IMG/VR virus record: IMGVR_UViG_2706795655_000001
From: a virus
Taxonomy: Duplodnaviria; Heunggongvirae; Uroviricota; Caudoviricetes; Herelleviridae
Reading direction: 5' to 3' (one strand)
DNA length: 64,000 bases
A program made the translations under genes and the position numbers. This document shows, one piece after another, positions 38,637-48,309 of the stretch. How positions within the stretch are numbered: position 1 is the stretch's first letter; every line of letters begins with the position of its first letter. Below the pieces are notes generated by a model. The model had not been told where the DNA came from, ran no database searches, and saw only the letters and a list, made by a program, of their open reading frames with translations.

Positions 38637-38903
38637 ATGCGTATTATCATAAACGAACCAGCTAAAGTTGAAAATTACCAAGTAGGTGATATTATTATCC
38701 TAAAGAGTGGTACATATACTATCACCAAAACTCCGGCGCAAGATGAATACTATCTTCTCTGCGATAATCATAAAGACTGGGCTAACGGCTCATGGAGTAG
38801 TATTAACGACATGATTAAGAACGTCAAAGGCAACCCGCACTTCAAACACTACTCTAAAGATTCGTTCCAGCTAAGACTTGTTAAAAAAATAAATAAACTT
38901 TAA
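38637..38903 (+). CDS. Hypothetical small protein
   Basis: AAAAGGAGGAAG RBS. Confidence 0.4.
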   Translation: MRIIINEPAKVENYQVGDIIILKSGTYTITKTPAQDEYYLLCDNHKDWANGSWSSINDMIKNVKGNPHFKHYSKDSFQLRLVKKINKL

Positions 38904-38911
38904 AAAAGTAG

Positions 38912-38940
38912 TTGCATTATTAATAGAATAGTGGTATTAT
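38912..38940 (+). promoter_or_regulatory. Sigma-A-type promoter TTGCAT-N17-TATTAT (TG-extended)
   Basis: Verified spacing. The leader has a GAGAAGA...TCTTCTC hairpin at about 38947-38969. Confidence 0.55.
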
Positions 38941-38997
38941 AATTAGAGAAGATGATAGTTGTCTTCTCTATTCTATTTAAAAGGAGGAGAATGCCGT

Positions 38998-39549
38998 TTG
39001 ATAGACATCAATGTGGACAACCTTGATTTTCAGAATTTACGCATAAGGGACGAGTCTGGACAAGAGCTAACCTTCGATATGCGTAATGAATTAAAAATCA
39101 ACGAGTCTATTTTGCAGCAGGAAATGTTGGAACAACCGTCGAAGTATATATACTGGTCTTCTTTACTAGAGAAGCTACGATATTATCAAGAGATGGAAGA
39201 TTTAAAGTTAGAAGTTGAATGGTCACGGTTAGATGGAGAAGCACGAGTACATATTACCGCGCAAGGCGGAAAAGCAACGAAAGACCAAGTAGAAGCATAC
39301 ATAAAGCAACAAGAATCGTATTTAAAACAGAAGAAAGTTTGTGTACACTATACACATGTTATCGGACGTTTGCAACGTATTGTGAAAGCGTTTGAGCAAC
39401 GTAAAGACATGTTACAGTCGTATGGTAAACAAGTAGCTAATGACCTGTCGTATGGTCAAGGAGCGGGTAGTAAGTTTATGCAAGATGAACAAGCTTACTA
39501 TAATTACACGCAACAACAAGTAAATCCGCAGATAGGGAGGGGCTATTAA
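38998..39549 (+). CDS. Hypothetical protein
   Basis: In-frame TTG start 10 nt after AAGGAGG. The track start at 38959 precedes the RBS. Confidence 0.35.
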   Translation: MIDINVDNLDFQNLRIRDESGQELTFDMRNELKINESILQQEMLEQPSKYIYWSSLLEKLRYYQEMEDLKLEVEWSRLDGEARVHITAQGGKATKDQVEAYIKQQESYLKQKKVCVHYTHVIGRLQRIVKAFEQRKDMLQSYGKQVANDLSYGQGAGSKFMQDEQAYYNYTQQQVNPQIGRGY

Positions 39550-39773
39550 TGTCGGTACCTAATCTATATGATGTACCTAAACATTTAGAGCAATCAGAAG
39601 CTTTCCGCGAACTATCGGAAGCACTAGAATACTTAACTCTATATGAGTTTAAAGAAAGATACTTTCCTTATTGGTATAGCAAGAACGGTATCGAGGGAGT
39701 TAGTATAGCATTAACTGTTGATGGTTGGTACGTATTTACTATCGACGGAGAGGTTGTGCTAGATGCTAAATAA
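39549..39773 (+). CDS. Hypothetical small protein
   Basis: GGGAGGGG RBS. Confidence 0.4.
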   Translation: MSVPNLYDVPKHLEQSEAFRELSEALEYLTLYEFKERYFPYWYSKNGIEGVSIALTVDGWYVFTIDGEVVLDAK

Positions 39774-39957
39774 AATGAAGACTCGTGAAGAGATTATGGT
39801 AGTATTTAACGAGACTTTGGAGACAGATAAAGAAGTAAGAGAAGCGTGGAAAAATAGAGAAATTAGTTACGAGGATTACAAAAGTTACCTTACTCAAAAT
39901 AGATGCTATCGATTAGCCCTTGAATGGGTTTTAGGAGAGGCTGATAGATTCGACTAA
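39763..39957 (+). CDS. Hypothetical small protein
   Basis: GGAGAGG RBS. Confidence 0.35.
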   Translation: MLNKMKTREEIMVVFNETLETDKEVREAWKNREISYEDYKSYLTQNRCYRLALEWVLGEADRFD

Positions 39958-39985
39958 TAAATTTTCAGAAAATTCAGAAAATTAG

Positions 39986-40014
39986 TTGACATCCTATTCG
40001 TAACATGGTATTAT
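39986..40014 (+). promoter_or_regulatory. Sigma-A-type promoter TTGACA-N17-TATTAT (TG-extended) with upstream TTCAGAAAA direct repeats
   Basis: Verified spacing. A 120-nt leader lies between it and the SSB-like gene. Confidence 0.6.
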
Positions 40015-40135
40015 AATAGAGTACCAGTTAAGAGAGGAGGACAAAGAAAGTGAAAGGTAGCAACGTCACTTAGTTTTTGGGAAGTACATAGAATACATAA
40101 TAAAATTTAAAAACAATTAGGAGGAAAATACATAT

Positions 40136-41446
40136 ATGAATTTTGCTGATATTATTGCACAGGAACAGAAGAACCTAGAACAACAAGGTGGCGGTGACCA
40201 TCCGAAGGTAGTTTACCCGGAGACAAAACATCAACGCTTGTTCTTCGAGAAAGGGCAAACGGAATTAATGATTCAATTATTACCATCTGGTGATTTAGTA
40301 AGCCCGTTCTTCGCGCATACTCGTAAGATTTTCCTAAGTGCTAAAACATCTAAAGGTAAAGAGTTAAATGTTAACTTCACTTTAGATAGCCAAGTAAACG
40401 AAGGTTCATTACTAGATAACAAGATTGCAGAGTGGACAGATAAAGGAATGATTCCTACGCCATTCGGTGGACAACAAAAACCTAAGAATCTTTACCTAGT
40501 AAACGTGGTTCGTGTATTCCCGCACCCGCAGAACCCACAACAATTATACCAAGAGCGCGATGAGCATGGCAACCTAGTAGTTCGACTATTCGAAATGCCA
40601 CAAACAGCGTTCAAAACGATTCTTAAGAATCTACAAGACCCATTCTTATCTGGAGGACGTGAATTATCATTCATCGACCCTAACGGCGCATTCCCTATTA
40701 AAATCGCTAAACCAGCTAAAGGTCAAATGGAGTACCCAGTAACAGTTTACCAAACAAACTTACCACCATTAGGACAAGGATGGGAAACACAGTTAGAAAA
40801 CTTACCAGCACATGCGGTACCGACTGAGCGTTTAGAGAATGGTTACCAATGGGTAGAAACATTCATCAGCATCAAAGAAGGTAAACCACAAGGACAGGCT
40901 CAACAACAACAACCACAAGGGCAAGCCATACAGCAAAATCCTTACGGGCAACAAACTAACCCTTATGGACAAGCTCCGGCACAAGGTCAAAATCCTTATG
41001 GACAAGCTCCAGCTTTAGGACAGAACCCTTACGGACAAACAGCTAATACATATCAAGCACCACAAAATACATATGCACCACCAGCTCAAAATACATACCA
41101 AGCGCCACCAGCAGCACCTAACTATGGTCAACCAGCAGGTAACGGGTATCAAGCACCACCAGCGTACCAACCACCTGCATACCAGTCACCAGCGGAGCCT
41201 AACATTCAATTACCATCAGGTATGAATGAACCAGACCCATTTGATATCGGAGTAGAAACTAACTTAGGTCAAAATGGCGGAGTGGGCGCACCAGTAACAA
41301 CAGCACCTCCAGCTCCACCAGCACAACAACCAGTAGGTACGGTACAACAGACAGCTCCACAAGGGCAACCTGACTTAACTAAAGTAGCTACAAACGATGC
41401 GGGATTCCCTGATATCGACGCTATGATTGCTGATGAGCTTAAGTAA
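40136..41446 (+). CDS. Single-stranded DNA-binding protein candidate (gp32-like) with Q/P/Y/N-rich low-complexity tail
   Basis: N-terminal ~250 aa globular domain (MIQLLPSGD, beta-rich), then a 180-aa tail of NPYGQAPA-type repeats. Acidic C-terminus DIDAMIADELK. Located among recombination genes. Confidence 0.35.
   Translation: MNFADIIAQEQKNLEQQGGGDHPKVVYPETKHQRLFFEKGQTELMIQLLPSGDLVSPFFAHTRKIFLSAKTSKGKELNVNFTLDSQVNEGSLLDNKIAEWTDKGMIPTPFGGQQKPKNLYLVNVVRVFPHPQNPQQLYQERDEHGNLVVRLFEMPQTAFKTILKNLQDPFLSGGRELSFIDPNGAFPIKIAKPAKGQMEYPVTVYQTNLPPLGQGWETQLENLPAHAVPTERLENGYQWVETFISIKEGKPQGQAQQQQPQGQAIQQNPYGQQTNPYGQAPAQGQNPYGQAPALGQNPYGQTANTYQAPQNTYAPPAQNTYQAPPAAPNYGQPAGNGYQAPPAYQPPAYQSPAEPNIQLPSGMNEPDPFDIGVETNLGQNGGVGAPVTTAPPAPPAQQPVGTVQQTAPQGQPDLTKVATNDAGFPDIDAMIADELK
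40915..41200 (+). repeat. Imperfect tandem ~33-nt coding repeats (AATCCTTATGGACAAGCTCC-type) encoding NPYGQ units
   Basis: Visible reiteration of CCTTA(T/C)GG(A/G)CAA in the nucleotide sequence. Confidence 0.6.
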
Positions 41447-41455
41447 GATGTAAGT

Positions 41456-41484
41456 CCTACCCTCCGGGGTAGGTTATCTTTATT
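41456..41484 (+). terminator. Rho-independent terminator
   Basis: CCTACCC-TCCG-GGGTAGG hairpin followed by a T-rich tract. Confidence 0.65.
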
Positions 41485-41502
41485 AAAAATAGGAGGTAAA
41501 TA

Positions 41503-41874
41503 ATGACTAATTATATGAAATTAGAACACGAATTACTAGATGGTGAGTATACAGAGGTATGGTGTGATGAACCGAAACCAGATTATTTCCACCACGCACC
41601 ACATAAGTTCCAAGTAGTTGCTACAGAAGACCGCGACACATTAGCTCTTATCCGATTCCAAGAAGGGGCAATTAAAGAACACGGTGTAAACGGTGTCACA
41701 AACGAAGATTTAATTCTTATGATTATGAAACGTTTAGAATGCTTCCAAGAAACGAAGTATGCTTGTCACGATAATGAAGAAGCTTTAAATGGCTTACATA
41801 AAGCGTTGTACCATTTAACAGCTCGTACACGAGAACGTAAAGCTCGTGGTGTTGAAGGAACGCACCAAGTATGA
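41503..41874 (+). CDS. Hypothetical protein
   Basis: TAGGAGGT RBS. Confidence 0.4.
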   Translation: MTNYMKLEHELLDGEYTEVWCDEPKPDYFHHAPHKFQVVATEDRDTLALIRFQEGAIKEHGVNGVTNEDLILMIMKRLECFQETKYACHDNEEALNGLHKALYHLTARTRERKARGVEGTHQV

Positions 41875-42140
41875 GAAATGAAATCAAAACTGTCGGAGAG
41901 TTAATAGACTTTTTGGGTGATTTTGATAGAGACAAAGAAGTACTTATGGGTATTAATGAGTTCTTTGCAGACCATATTCGCCTTTATGATGGGTTAGGCG
42001 TAACTGGAGGTAGTCCGTTACTATTCGGTATGACAGATAAGTTCGCAAAATACATACATGAAACAGATAGAGAGTTAAAAGACTCGATGGAGTATCCAGA
42101 GTTAGCATACATAACTCGAACATCAGCATCAAACAAGTAG
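41871..42140 (+). CDS. Hypothetical small protein
   Basis: Overlapping start. Confidence 0.35.
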   Translation: MRNEIKTVGELIDFLGDFDRDKEVLMGINEFFADHIRLYDGLGVTGGSPLLFGMTDKFAKYIHETDRELKDSMEYPELAYITRTSASNK

Positions 42141-42163
42141 TACATAGGAGGAATTATTAATAT

Positions 42164-43366
42164 ATGGCAAAAAAACAAACTAAAGTATCAGCAGCTCCAC
42201 TAGACTTAGATTTATCTATTTTAGCGGACGAGAGTATGGGATTAGTACTTTTACAAGATTCTGATTATGCAGAAGTATTAGATAGATTACCATTATTCTT
42301 ACCGCGTATCGATAAAATTTTAGGTGGAGGATTACCTTTTGGTCGTATGATTGAGGTTGCAGGTGTACCATCTGGGGGTAAGTCTACATTTACACATCAC
42401 GTATTACGCGTAGCTTCTCTACTAGGTTGCATTTGCGTATTGATTGACGTAGAGGGTACGAGCGATAAGCAACGTCTAGCATCACTAGGTATTGATATTT
42501 CTAAAGTACTAGTTAAGCAACCTGACTTAAGCAAAGGTCGCGCATTAACAGTTGAAGAAGTAGGTTCTACTATCGAACAGACTTTAGAAATCTTCAAAGC
42601 GAAATACCCAAACACGCCTGTTGTTTATGTATGGGATTCTGTAGGACAAACTCCTTCGGATGTAGAGTTAGATAAAGACTTCGGTGAACAGAACGTCGGC
42701 GCAAGAGCGAAAGCGATTACACAGTTCGTAACAAAAGTAACACCAATGATTTCGCACAGTAAATCTTTATTCGTAGGTATCAATCAAGTACGTGACGATA
42801 TCGGCGGAAATCCAATGTTCAAACAGTACAAAGTACCGGGTGGTAAAGCTTGGGAGCATGCTGCAACATTACGATTAGAGATTAAAAAGAAATCAGCTAT
42901 CAAAAAAGGTTCTGGAGCTACAGCGGAACACTTAGGACATACAATGGGTGTTAAAACTCGTAAGTCTAAAGTATCTCCACCATTACAAGAAGCAGAAGCA
43001 GCGTTACTATCGCTTACTGGTATTGACTACGAATACAACATCGCTAAGATGTCAGAAGATGAAAAGATTCTAGGCACTACTGGACAAAGTTATGAGTACA
43101 CAGATGCTACAGGTGAGTATCACAAAATGAAGAAAGAGAACTTCATTGAATGGTTAAGAGAAGACGGGTCTTATGTTCGTCAAGAACTACTAAACAAGTT
43201 AATCGTAGCTTCTTATGGTGACGCTCCGTACCCAGCATTAAATAACGCAACATTATCGATTGATGGTTGGATTGACCAAGTAGAAGAGGTAACACCAGAA
43301 ATCGAATTACATAAGGAACCAGTTAAAAGCGAAGACGATTTAGTAAATGAGGTCTTAAAAGGTTAG
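42164..43366 (+). CDS. RecA/UvsX-like recombinase
   Basis: LPRIDKILGGGLPFGRMIEVAGVPSGGKSTF matches the RecA N-terminal plus Walker A region. Walker B VVYVWD. Confidence 0.65.
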   Translation: MAKKQTKVSAAPLDLDLSILADESMGLVLLQDSDYAEVLDRLPLFLPRIDKILGGGLPFGRMIEVAGVPSGGKSTFTHHVLRVASLLGCICVLIDVEGTSDKQRLASLGIDISKVLVKQPDLSKGRALTVEEVGSTIEQTLEIFKAKYPNTPVVYVWDSVGQTPSDVELDKDFGEQNVGARAKAITQFVTKVTPMISHSKSLFVGINQVRDDIGGNPMFKQYKVPGGKAWEHAATLRLEIKKKSAIKKGSGATAEHLGHTMGVKTRKSKVSPPLQEAEAALLSLTGIDYEYNIAKMSEDEKILGTTGQSYEYTDATGEYHKMKKENFIEWLREDGSYVRQELLNKLIVASYGDAPYPALNNATLSIDGWIDQVEEVTPEIELHKEPVKSEDDLVNEVLKG

Positions 43367-43422
43367 GGTAATCCCCTTTCCTTTTTCTCTATTACGCTCG
43401 TACATCAGAGGGAGGAATTTAT

Positions 43423-43779
43423 TTGGCACAATGGAAAGAAACTAGAACGGATATTATTTCCGGGACACTAGATTGTTATAGAGAGAGAACGATTACTGAT
43501 GACTCGTCTACACCATTATCATACACACTAATCCGTGAGAAGATTCGTAATATTATCAAAAATGATAAAAAAGTATTATTAGAGATTAAAGACTCCTATA
43601 GTACACAGACAGTTGTTATCCAGTTTGAAAAAGCATATGACCGCTGGGCAATGGGTACCTCAATCTGCTACTTCGAAGGTGAGGAGCTACGCGTCCCTTA
43701 CACAGTCCACTATTCTGATATCCTCTGTAAGAAGATTGGTGTAAAAACCATTATGGAGGGGATGAATCCAATTGCGTAA
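43423..43779 (+). CDS. Hypothetical protein
   Basis: TTG start 7 nt after GAGGGAGG. Confidence 0.35.
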   Translation: MAQWKETRTDIISGTLDCYRERTITDDSSTPLSYTLIREKIRNIIKNDKKVLLEIKDSYSTQTVVIQFEKAYDRWAMGTSICYFEGEELRVPYTVHYSDILCKKIGVKTIMEGMNPIA

Positions 43780-43999
43780 GAGATGTGCAGTATGCAGAGG
43801 GAGATTAACTGACACAGAGATAGTAATCTTAGAAAGAGATATTTGTCGCGGCTGCGGTTGGCGAGGTAAGGACGACCATCAAGGATTCTTAAATAGATGT
43901 ATCCAAGAGAACTCGGACGATATCGCCGTACTACAAGCGCATAACGAGTATCTGGAGTCACTACGAGATGATGATAGTTGGTTACTGGATAGGGACTAA
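43772..43999 (+). CDS. Zinc-ribbon mini-protein (CAVC...CRGC)
   Basis: TTG start after GGAGGGGA. Two CxxC pairs. Confidence 0.35.
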   Translation: MRKRCAVCRGRLTDTEIVILERDICRGCGWRGKDDHQGFLNRCIQENSDDIAVLQAHNEYLESLRDDDSWLLDRD

Positions 44000-44047
44000 A
44001 GGAGGGGAACTAGTATAGCTAGAAACGTAGAAAAAGAAAAGGACATT

Positions 44048-44650
44048 ATGCTAAACGGAAATAGGTTTTTAACGAACACAGACGCTCATACAGGTGTTTT
44101 TTTACGAGATGTAGATAAACTATTCGTACAATATAAAAACCTCCGTATGAGCGTGTATAACCAGTATAAAGGCTACTTGCCGGATGCTGCTACTCGTGCA
44201 GAGTTATGGAGCTATATTTCTGAACAGTTTGTAAGACTCGTGAAAGAGTACGAGATTAATGGTGCTGTAGACTTCCCGGGATACATCCTAAAGAAGCTCA
44301 CACTACGAGTAAAGAACAGCTTCATCAAAGGTAACTATCGTGATAGAAATCGTGTGTTTGTTACCAAGAATGAAGTTGACGTTACGAACCTTCTAGAACG
44401 TGTGGAAGTGTCTGATACAGAGTTAGACTACTATGAGACACTAGAGTACGTTTTACAAGGCGTATCCTTCGATGAGATGGAGAAAGACATTTTGTACTTA
44501 TTAATGCAAGAGCATAAAGATACATACATAGAACAAACGTTACGAGCGAAGTACAGTAAGCAAGGGATAACAGTAACGATTATCCGGGAGAAAATAGCGG
44601 ATGTACAAGAGTTTGTACGATTAAGATTAGAATCTGCATTGGAGGGTTAG
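44048..44650 (+). CDS. Sigma-70-family-like factor (ECF-like region 2 and region 4)
   Basis: AELWSYISEQFVRLVKEY...VDFPGYILKKLTLRVKN resembles sigma region 2. The C-terminal HTH resembles region 4. Confidence 0.4.
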   Translation: MLNGNRFLTNTDAHTGVFLRDVDKLFVQYKNLRMSVYNQYKGYLPDAATRAELWSYISEQFVRLVKEYEINGAVDFPGYILKKLTLRVKNSFIKGNYRDRNRVFVTKNEVDVTNLLERVEVSDTELDYYETLEYVLQGVSFDEMEKDILYLLMQEHKDTYIEQTLRAKYSKQGITVTIIREKIADVQEFVRLRLESALEG

Positions 44651-44651
44651 T

Positions 44652-44798
44652 ATGAAAGTAGAGCTAAAGTTATCTATGGATGAGTATCCAGACCTTAGTA
44701 ACCAGAATAAAGCAGACTTGTTGCAAGAGATTATCGAGCATATGAATCATACATACTCATTAGGTATGTCGGTTATGGTGATTGAATCAGAAGAATAA
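44652..44798 (+). CDS. 48-aa hypothetical mini-protein (absent from ORF track)
   Basis: ATG overlaps the upstream stop and follows GGAGGG. Confidence 0.3.
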   Translation: MKVELKLSMDEYPDLSNQNKADLLQEIIEHMNHTYSLGMSVMVIESEE

Positions 44799-44851
44799 AC
44801 AGTACCTTGTGCTATATTATAACTGTACTAATAAGGAGAGGTGAATAGTAA

Positions 44852-45151
44852 ATGGAAAATCAAGATAAACATGAAGTATTTGTACCGCAGGAGGCACCAC
44901 CAATCGCACCGGGTACTATTGTGCGCTTTATTGTATTCGCAGTAGCTTTAGTAAATGCTGTAGCATCTTTACTAGGTCATGAGCTAGGTTTAAAAGTAGA
45001 CCAAAACACATTGTATGATGTATTATCTGCATTATTCTTAATGGGTTCTAGCTTACATATGGCGTGGAAGAACAACAACATTACTAAACAAGCTCGTATC
45101 AAGGCACACGCTACCGAGCAAATTACAATTGAGAAAAAAGGAGACAAGTAA
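44852..45151 (+). CDS. Holin-like two-TM membrane protein with basic C-terminus
   Basis: Two hydrophobic helices (IVRFIVFAVALVNAVASLL and LYDVLSALFLMGSSL) and a K/R-rich tail. An extended -10 TGCTATATT lies upstream at about 44810-44818. Confidence 0.3.
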   Translation: MENQDKHEVFVPQEAPPIAPGTIVRFIVFAVALVNAVASLLGHELGLKVDQNTLYDVLSALFLMGSSLHMAWKNNNITKQARIKAHATEQITIEKKGDK

Positions 45152-45153
45152 TT

Positions 45154-45624
45154 ATGGCAAAGAAATTAGCAGACGTATTAAAATTAGCAACAGTAAAATT
45201 GAATCCGGGGGACTTCTTAGCGACAGCATCTCGTTCAGAAGGTTACCTACCATCTCGTAAGGACACTATCTCATTAGCGCTAGGCAAATACTTATTCAAA
45301 GTAGTTGACAAAGACGGTGCGCGTTTAATCGTTCCTATGAAGTTAGCTCCAGATAATAAGAGTCTAGTAGAAGTGTTAGACCGTCCTGTTATCGTAGCAA
45401 AAGGTACAGAACTTACATACACAGTAGGACGTAACCACCCAACATTCCGTGACGGTTATCAAGGTCGTGGATTCGAAAAGGTTAAAGGTATCGCTGCTGG
45501 TCAACTAGACAGAGAAATCGTACTTGCATTCATTGAGTTCGCTAACACAGAGTTCTCATTAGGTGTAAACGACTTCCGACTAGGTGGAGACGAGTTACTA
45601 GATGTTGGTGTTGTAACTCCATAA
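45154..45624 (+). CDS. Hypothetical protein
   Basis: AAAAGGAGAC RBS. Confidence 0.4.
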   Translation: MAKKLADVLKLATVKLNPGDFLATASRSEGYLPSRKDTISLALGKYLFKVVDKDGARLIVPMKLAPDNKSLVEVLDRPVIVAKGTELTYTVGRNHPTFRDGYQGRGFEKVKGIAAGQLDREIVLAFIEFANTEFSLGVNDFRLGGDELLDVGVVTP

Positions 45625-45643
45625 GTGAATAAATAACAAAGAG

Positions 45644-45672
45644 TAGAAGGTATAAAAACCTTCTATTTTTTT
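45644..45672 (+). terminator. Rho-independent terminator
   Basis: TAGAAGG-loop-CCTTCTA hairpin plus T7 run. Confidence 0.65.
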
Positions 45673-45685
45673 ATGCAAAAAACTA

Positions 45686-45714
45686 TTGACTATTAGTAGA
45701 TTAACTGGTAGAAT
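45686..45714 (+). promoter_or_regulatory. Sigma-A-type promoter TTGACT-N17-TAGAAT (TG-extended)
   Basis: Verified spacing. Confidence 0.6.
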
Positions 45715-45744
45715 ATTCTTATGATGAAGAAAGGAGGAGTATGT

Positions 45745-46689
45745 TTGGAGAAAGAAATTTTAAAAGTGTTTGTTCCACCATCGTTTGAAGGAGTCACAGG
45801 TGTAGCGGTTCTAGAAGAATTATTTCTGAACAGCAATATCGATGTGGAGGTGGAATATACAAAATCTCTCGACTTTCGAGATGTTAGTAGATTTAGAGGG
45901 TACAACAACATCATTGTACTAGGTATTTCGTATATGGGTGGAAACTTACCAGTAGAGTTTACTATCGAACTAAACAACCCGTTTACGAACTTCATTCATG
46001 TAGCTACATATGGTGAAGAACTACCGGGCGAACATATTATATCAAGAGTGATAGAAGATAAAGACCCGATTCTAGATGTCTACGAAATCCTACAGACGAG
46101 TAATATGTTCCCGTACATAGCGTATGAAGGAGATTGGGAATCAGGGAAAGCGAAACAGTTAGCTATAGTAGCTAATAAATACCGTACTTGGACATGGTAT
46201 GATGATAAGGTAACAAAGTACTTACTAGCTATGTACAATGCAATGGGTAAATACATGCCTACTGCACTAGAAGGTAAGACAATACAACAAGCAGTAACAG
46301 AAAACAAATGCGTAATAGCCGGGCAATTAATGGCTATGTCAGAATACATAAAAGATAAAATTGAACAAACAAAGACAGCAGATGTCGTAATTAACGATGT
46401 ACCTTGCAAGTTAAAGGTTGTCTTTGCAGATAGATACATAAATGAAATTGCGAATAGATTACTAGAAGTTGGTTATCAAGAAGAACCTACGGTTGTATGT
46501 GTAGGACGAGCTACGAAGGGTACTGATATGTTCTCTGTACGTACTAAAGGCGTAGATGCTAGAGAGTTCATCAAAGGTGTTAGCGGAAAAGCTACAGGTA
46601 AAGAGAATGTAGGAAGTCTATTTGTACAAATTAACTATGCAGAACTGATGAAAAATTCAATGGTTACACTACTTAGTGGTGATATTTAA
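45745..46689 (+). CDS. Hypothetical protein (315 aa)
   Basis: TTG start 6 nt after AAGGAGG. The track ATG at 45721 precedes the RBS. Confidence 0.4.
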   Translation: MEKEILKVFVPPSFEGVTGVAVLEELFLNSNIDVEVEYTKSLDFRDVSRFRGYNNIIVLGISYMGGNLPVEFTIELNNPFTNFIHVATYGEELPGEHIISRVIEDKDPILDVYEILQTSNMFPYIAYEGDWESGKAKQLAIVANKYRTWTWYDDKVTKYLLAMYNAMGKYMPTALEGKTIQQAVTENKCVIAGQLMAMSEYIKDKIEQTKTADVVINDVPCKLKVVFADRYINEIANRLLEVGYQEEPTVVCVGRATKGTDMFSVRTKGVDAREFIKGVSGKATGKENVGSLFVQINYAELMKNSMVTLLSGDI

Positions 46690-46702
46690 AGGAGGAAACA
46701 AT

Positions 46703-47998
46703 TTGACGAACAAGAAAGACACAAGAGAAGTAGTAGGTTACATGGGTGCCTCTGCTGTCGTGATGGGTTACCTAAAACGAGAGCGCGGACAAATACCTAC
46801 ATCAGCTTTCAATAAGCTAATCAAAGAGCTGGGTTACGAAGGTATGAACTTAAAAGAAATGCAGACAGTAGCTTCGGATATTAACAAGGACAAAGCGTTA
46901 TCTTACTTATATGACTTAGCGGTTAAAGGAGAAATCAGTTTGGATGTTATCCAACCGCCCGGAAAAGAAGATAAGGTACTAACAGAGAAAGACGTATTCC
47001 CGATGGTAACACCATATATAACAGAAAAAGAAAATAATACAGCAAACCTTCGTGAGTTCCGTAAGATGCAGCGTGACGGTACTGCAATGAAGTTACTCTT
47101 CGATAGCCTTAAAACAGAGCTTATTGAGGAGCTTAAAGACCTTCCTAAGTCTAAATACATTACTTCGGTTAAGAAAGCTCCACAGCAGGGCGATAAGAGC
47201 CTTATTCTTTGTTTTAGTGATTGGCATGTAGGAATGTATGTCATTAACGAGTCAACAGGCGGATACAACTTCGATATGCTTACACAATACGTAGATAATA
47301 TCGTAGCAGAAGTATTGAAGATGGTTAAAGAGCAGAACATCAAACATCTATACGTATACAACTTAGGGGATATTACAGAACACATTAACATGCGTAATGT
47401 AAACCAAGCGTTTGATGCAGAGATGCACTTATCAAAACAGATTGCAACTTCTACTCGATTAACTGTAGATGTATTGAGTAAGTTATCTAAGCATTTACAC
47501 GTTACATATACTCAAATTGCAGGTAACCATGATAGAATGCAAGTTTCAAAGAATGACGTAATCAGTGGTGACAGTACTGCATACGTATTGCTTTCTACTT
47601 TAATCATGCTGCAAGAGGATTTAGGACAACTACCTAATGTTACTGTAGTAGATAACCGCGAATCCATGTATGCTCATACACAAGATATTGCCGGGCTAAC
47701 AGTAAAAGCAGTACACGGTGACAAAGAGAAGAAAGGTCTACATAACGTAATTGGAAAGCACGTTAAAACGAAGAACATCGATTTAATTATTATGGGTCAC
47801 TTCCACTCTACTTTAATCCAACAAGAGGATTACGCACGTTATAAAGTAGTTGTAGGTAGCCCACAAGGAGAAAATGATTTCTCTAAGGATAACAACATGT
47901 CTTCAAGTTATGGCTCCCAGATGATTATTGTCCTTGAAGAAGGTCGTAAGTCTCCAGTGTTTTACCCATTAATGTTAAAAGAAGGAGAGATTATCTAA
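46703..47998 (+). CDS. Calcineurin-like metallophosphoesterase with N-terminal extra domain
   Basis: Motifs CFSDWHVG, YNLGDITEH, GNHDR and GHFHS. TTG start after AAAGGAGGAAAC. Confidence 0.6.
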   Translation: MTNKKDTREVVGYMGASAVVMGYLKRERGQIPTSAFNKLIKELGYEGMNLKEMQTVASDINKDKALSYLYDLAVKGEISLDVIQPPGKEDKVLTEKDVFPMVTPYITEKENNTANLREFRKMQRDGTAMKLLFDSLKTELIEELKDLPKSKYITSVKKAPQQGDKSLILCFSDWHVGMYVINESTGGYNFDMLTQYVDNIVAEVLKMVKEQNIKHLYVYNLGDITEHINMRNVNQAFDAEMHLSKQIATSTRLTVDVLSKLSKHLHVTYTQIAGNHDRMQVSKNDVISGDSTAYVLLSTLIMLQEDLGQLPNVTVVDNRESMYAHTQDIAGLTVKAVHGDKEKKGLHNVIGKHVKTKNIDLIIMGHFHSTLIQQEDYARYKVVVGSPQGENDFSKDNNMSSSYGSQMIIVLEEGRKSPVFYPLMLKEGEII

Positions 47999-47999
47999 T

Positions 48000-48308
48000 A
48001 TGGAAATGAATAAAGAGGGTATCAAAATAAAAGAGGTCGGAGTGGTAACAGGAGAAAGTTCCAAAATATCTTACGTACTTACTATAACTACACCTAAAGG
48101 TTTGAGAGATATTGAGTGTGGAGAAAAACCTAGTGACGAATTAATCAAAAGTCTGATAAAACTATCTGGTGCGTATAAAGCTGTGTTGGAAGAAGTTAAG
48201 ACTACCACTACAGAGTACAAAGGAAAAGACCCGCACACTATTTACATAGGTAACGCTGATTGGCAGCGTGTAGGGTTAATGGTAGACCACGATAGAGGAG
48301 GACTGTAA
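48000..48308 (+). CDS. Hypothetical small protein
   Basis: AAGGAGAG RBS. Confidence 0.4.
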   Translation: MEMNKEGIKIKEVGVVTGESSKISYVLTITTPKGLRDIECGEKPSDELIKSLIKLSGAYKAVLEEVKTTTTEYKGKDPHTIYIGNADWQRVGLMVDHDRGGL

Positions 48309-48309
48309 A

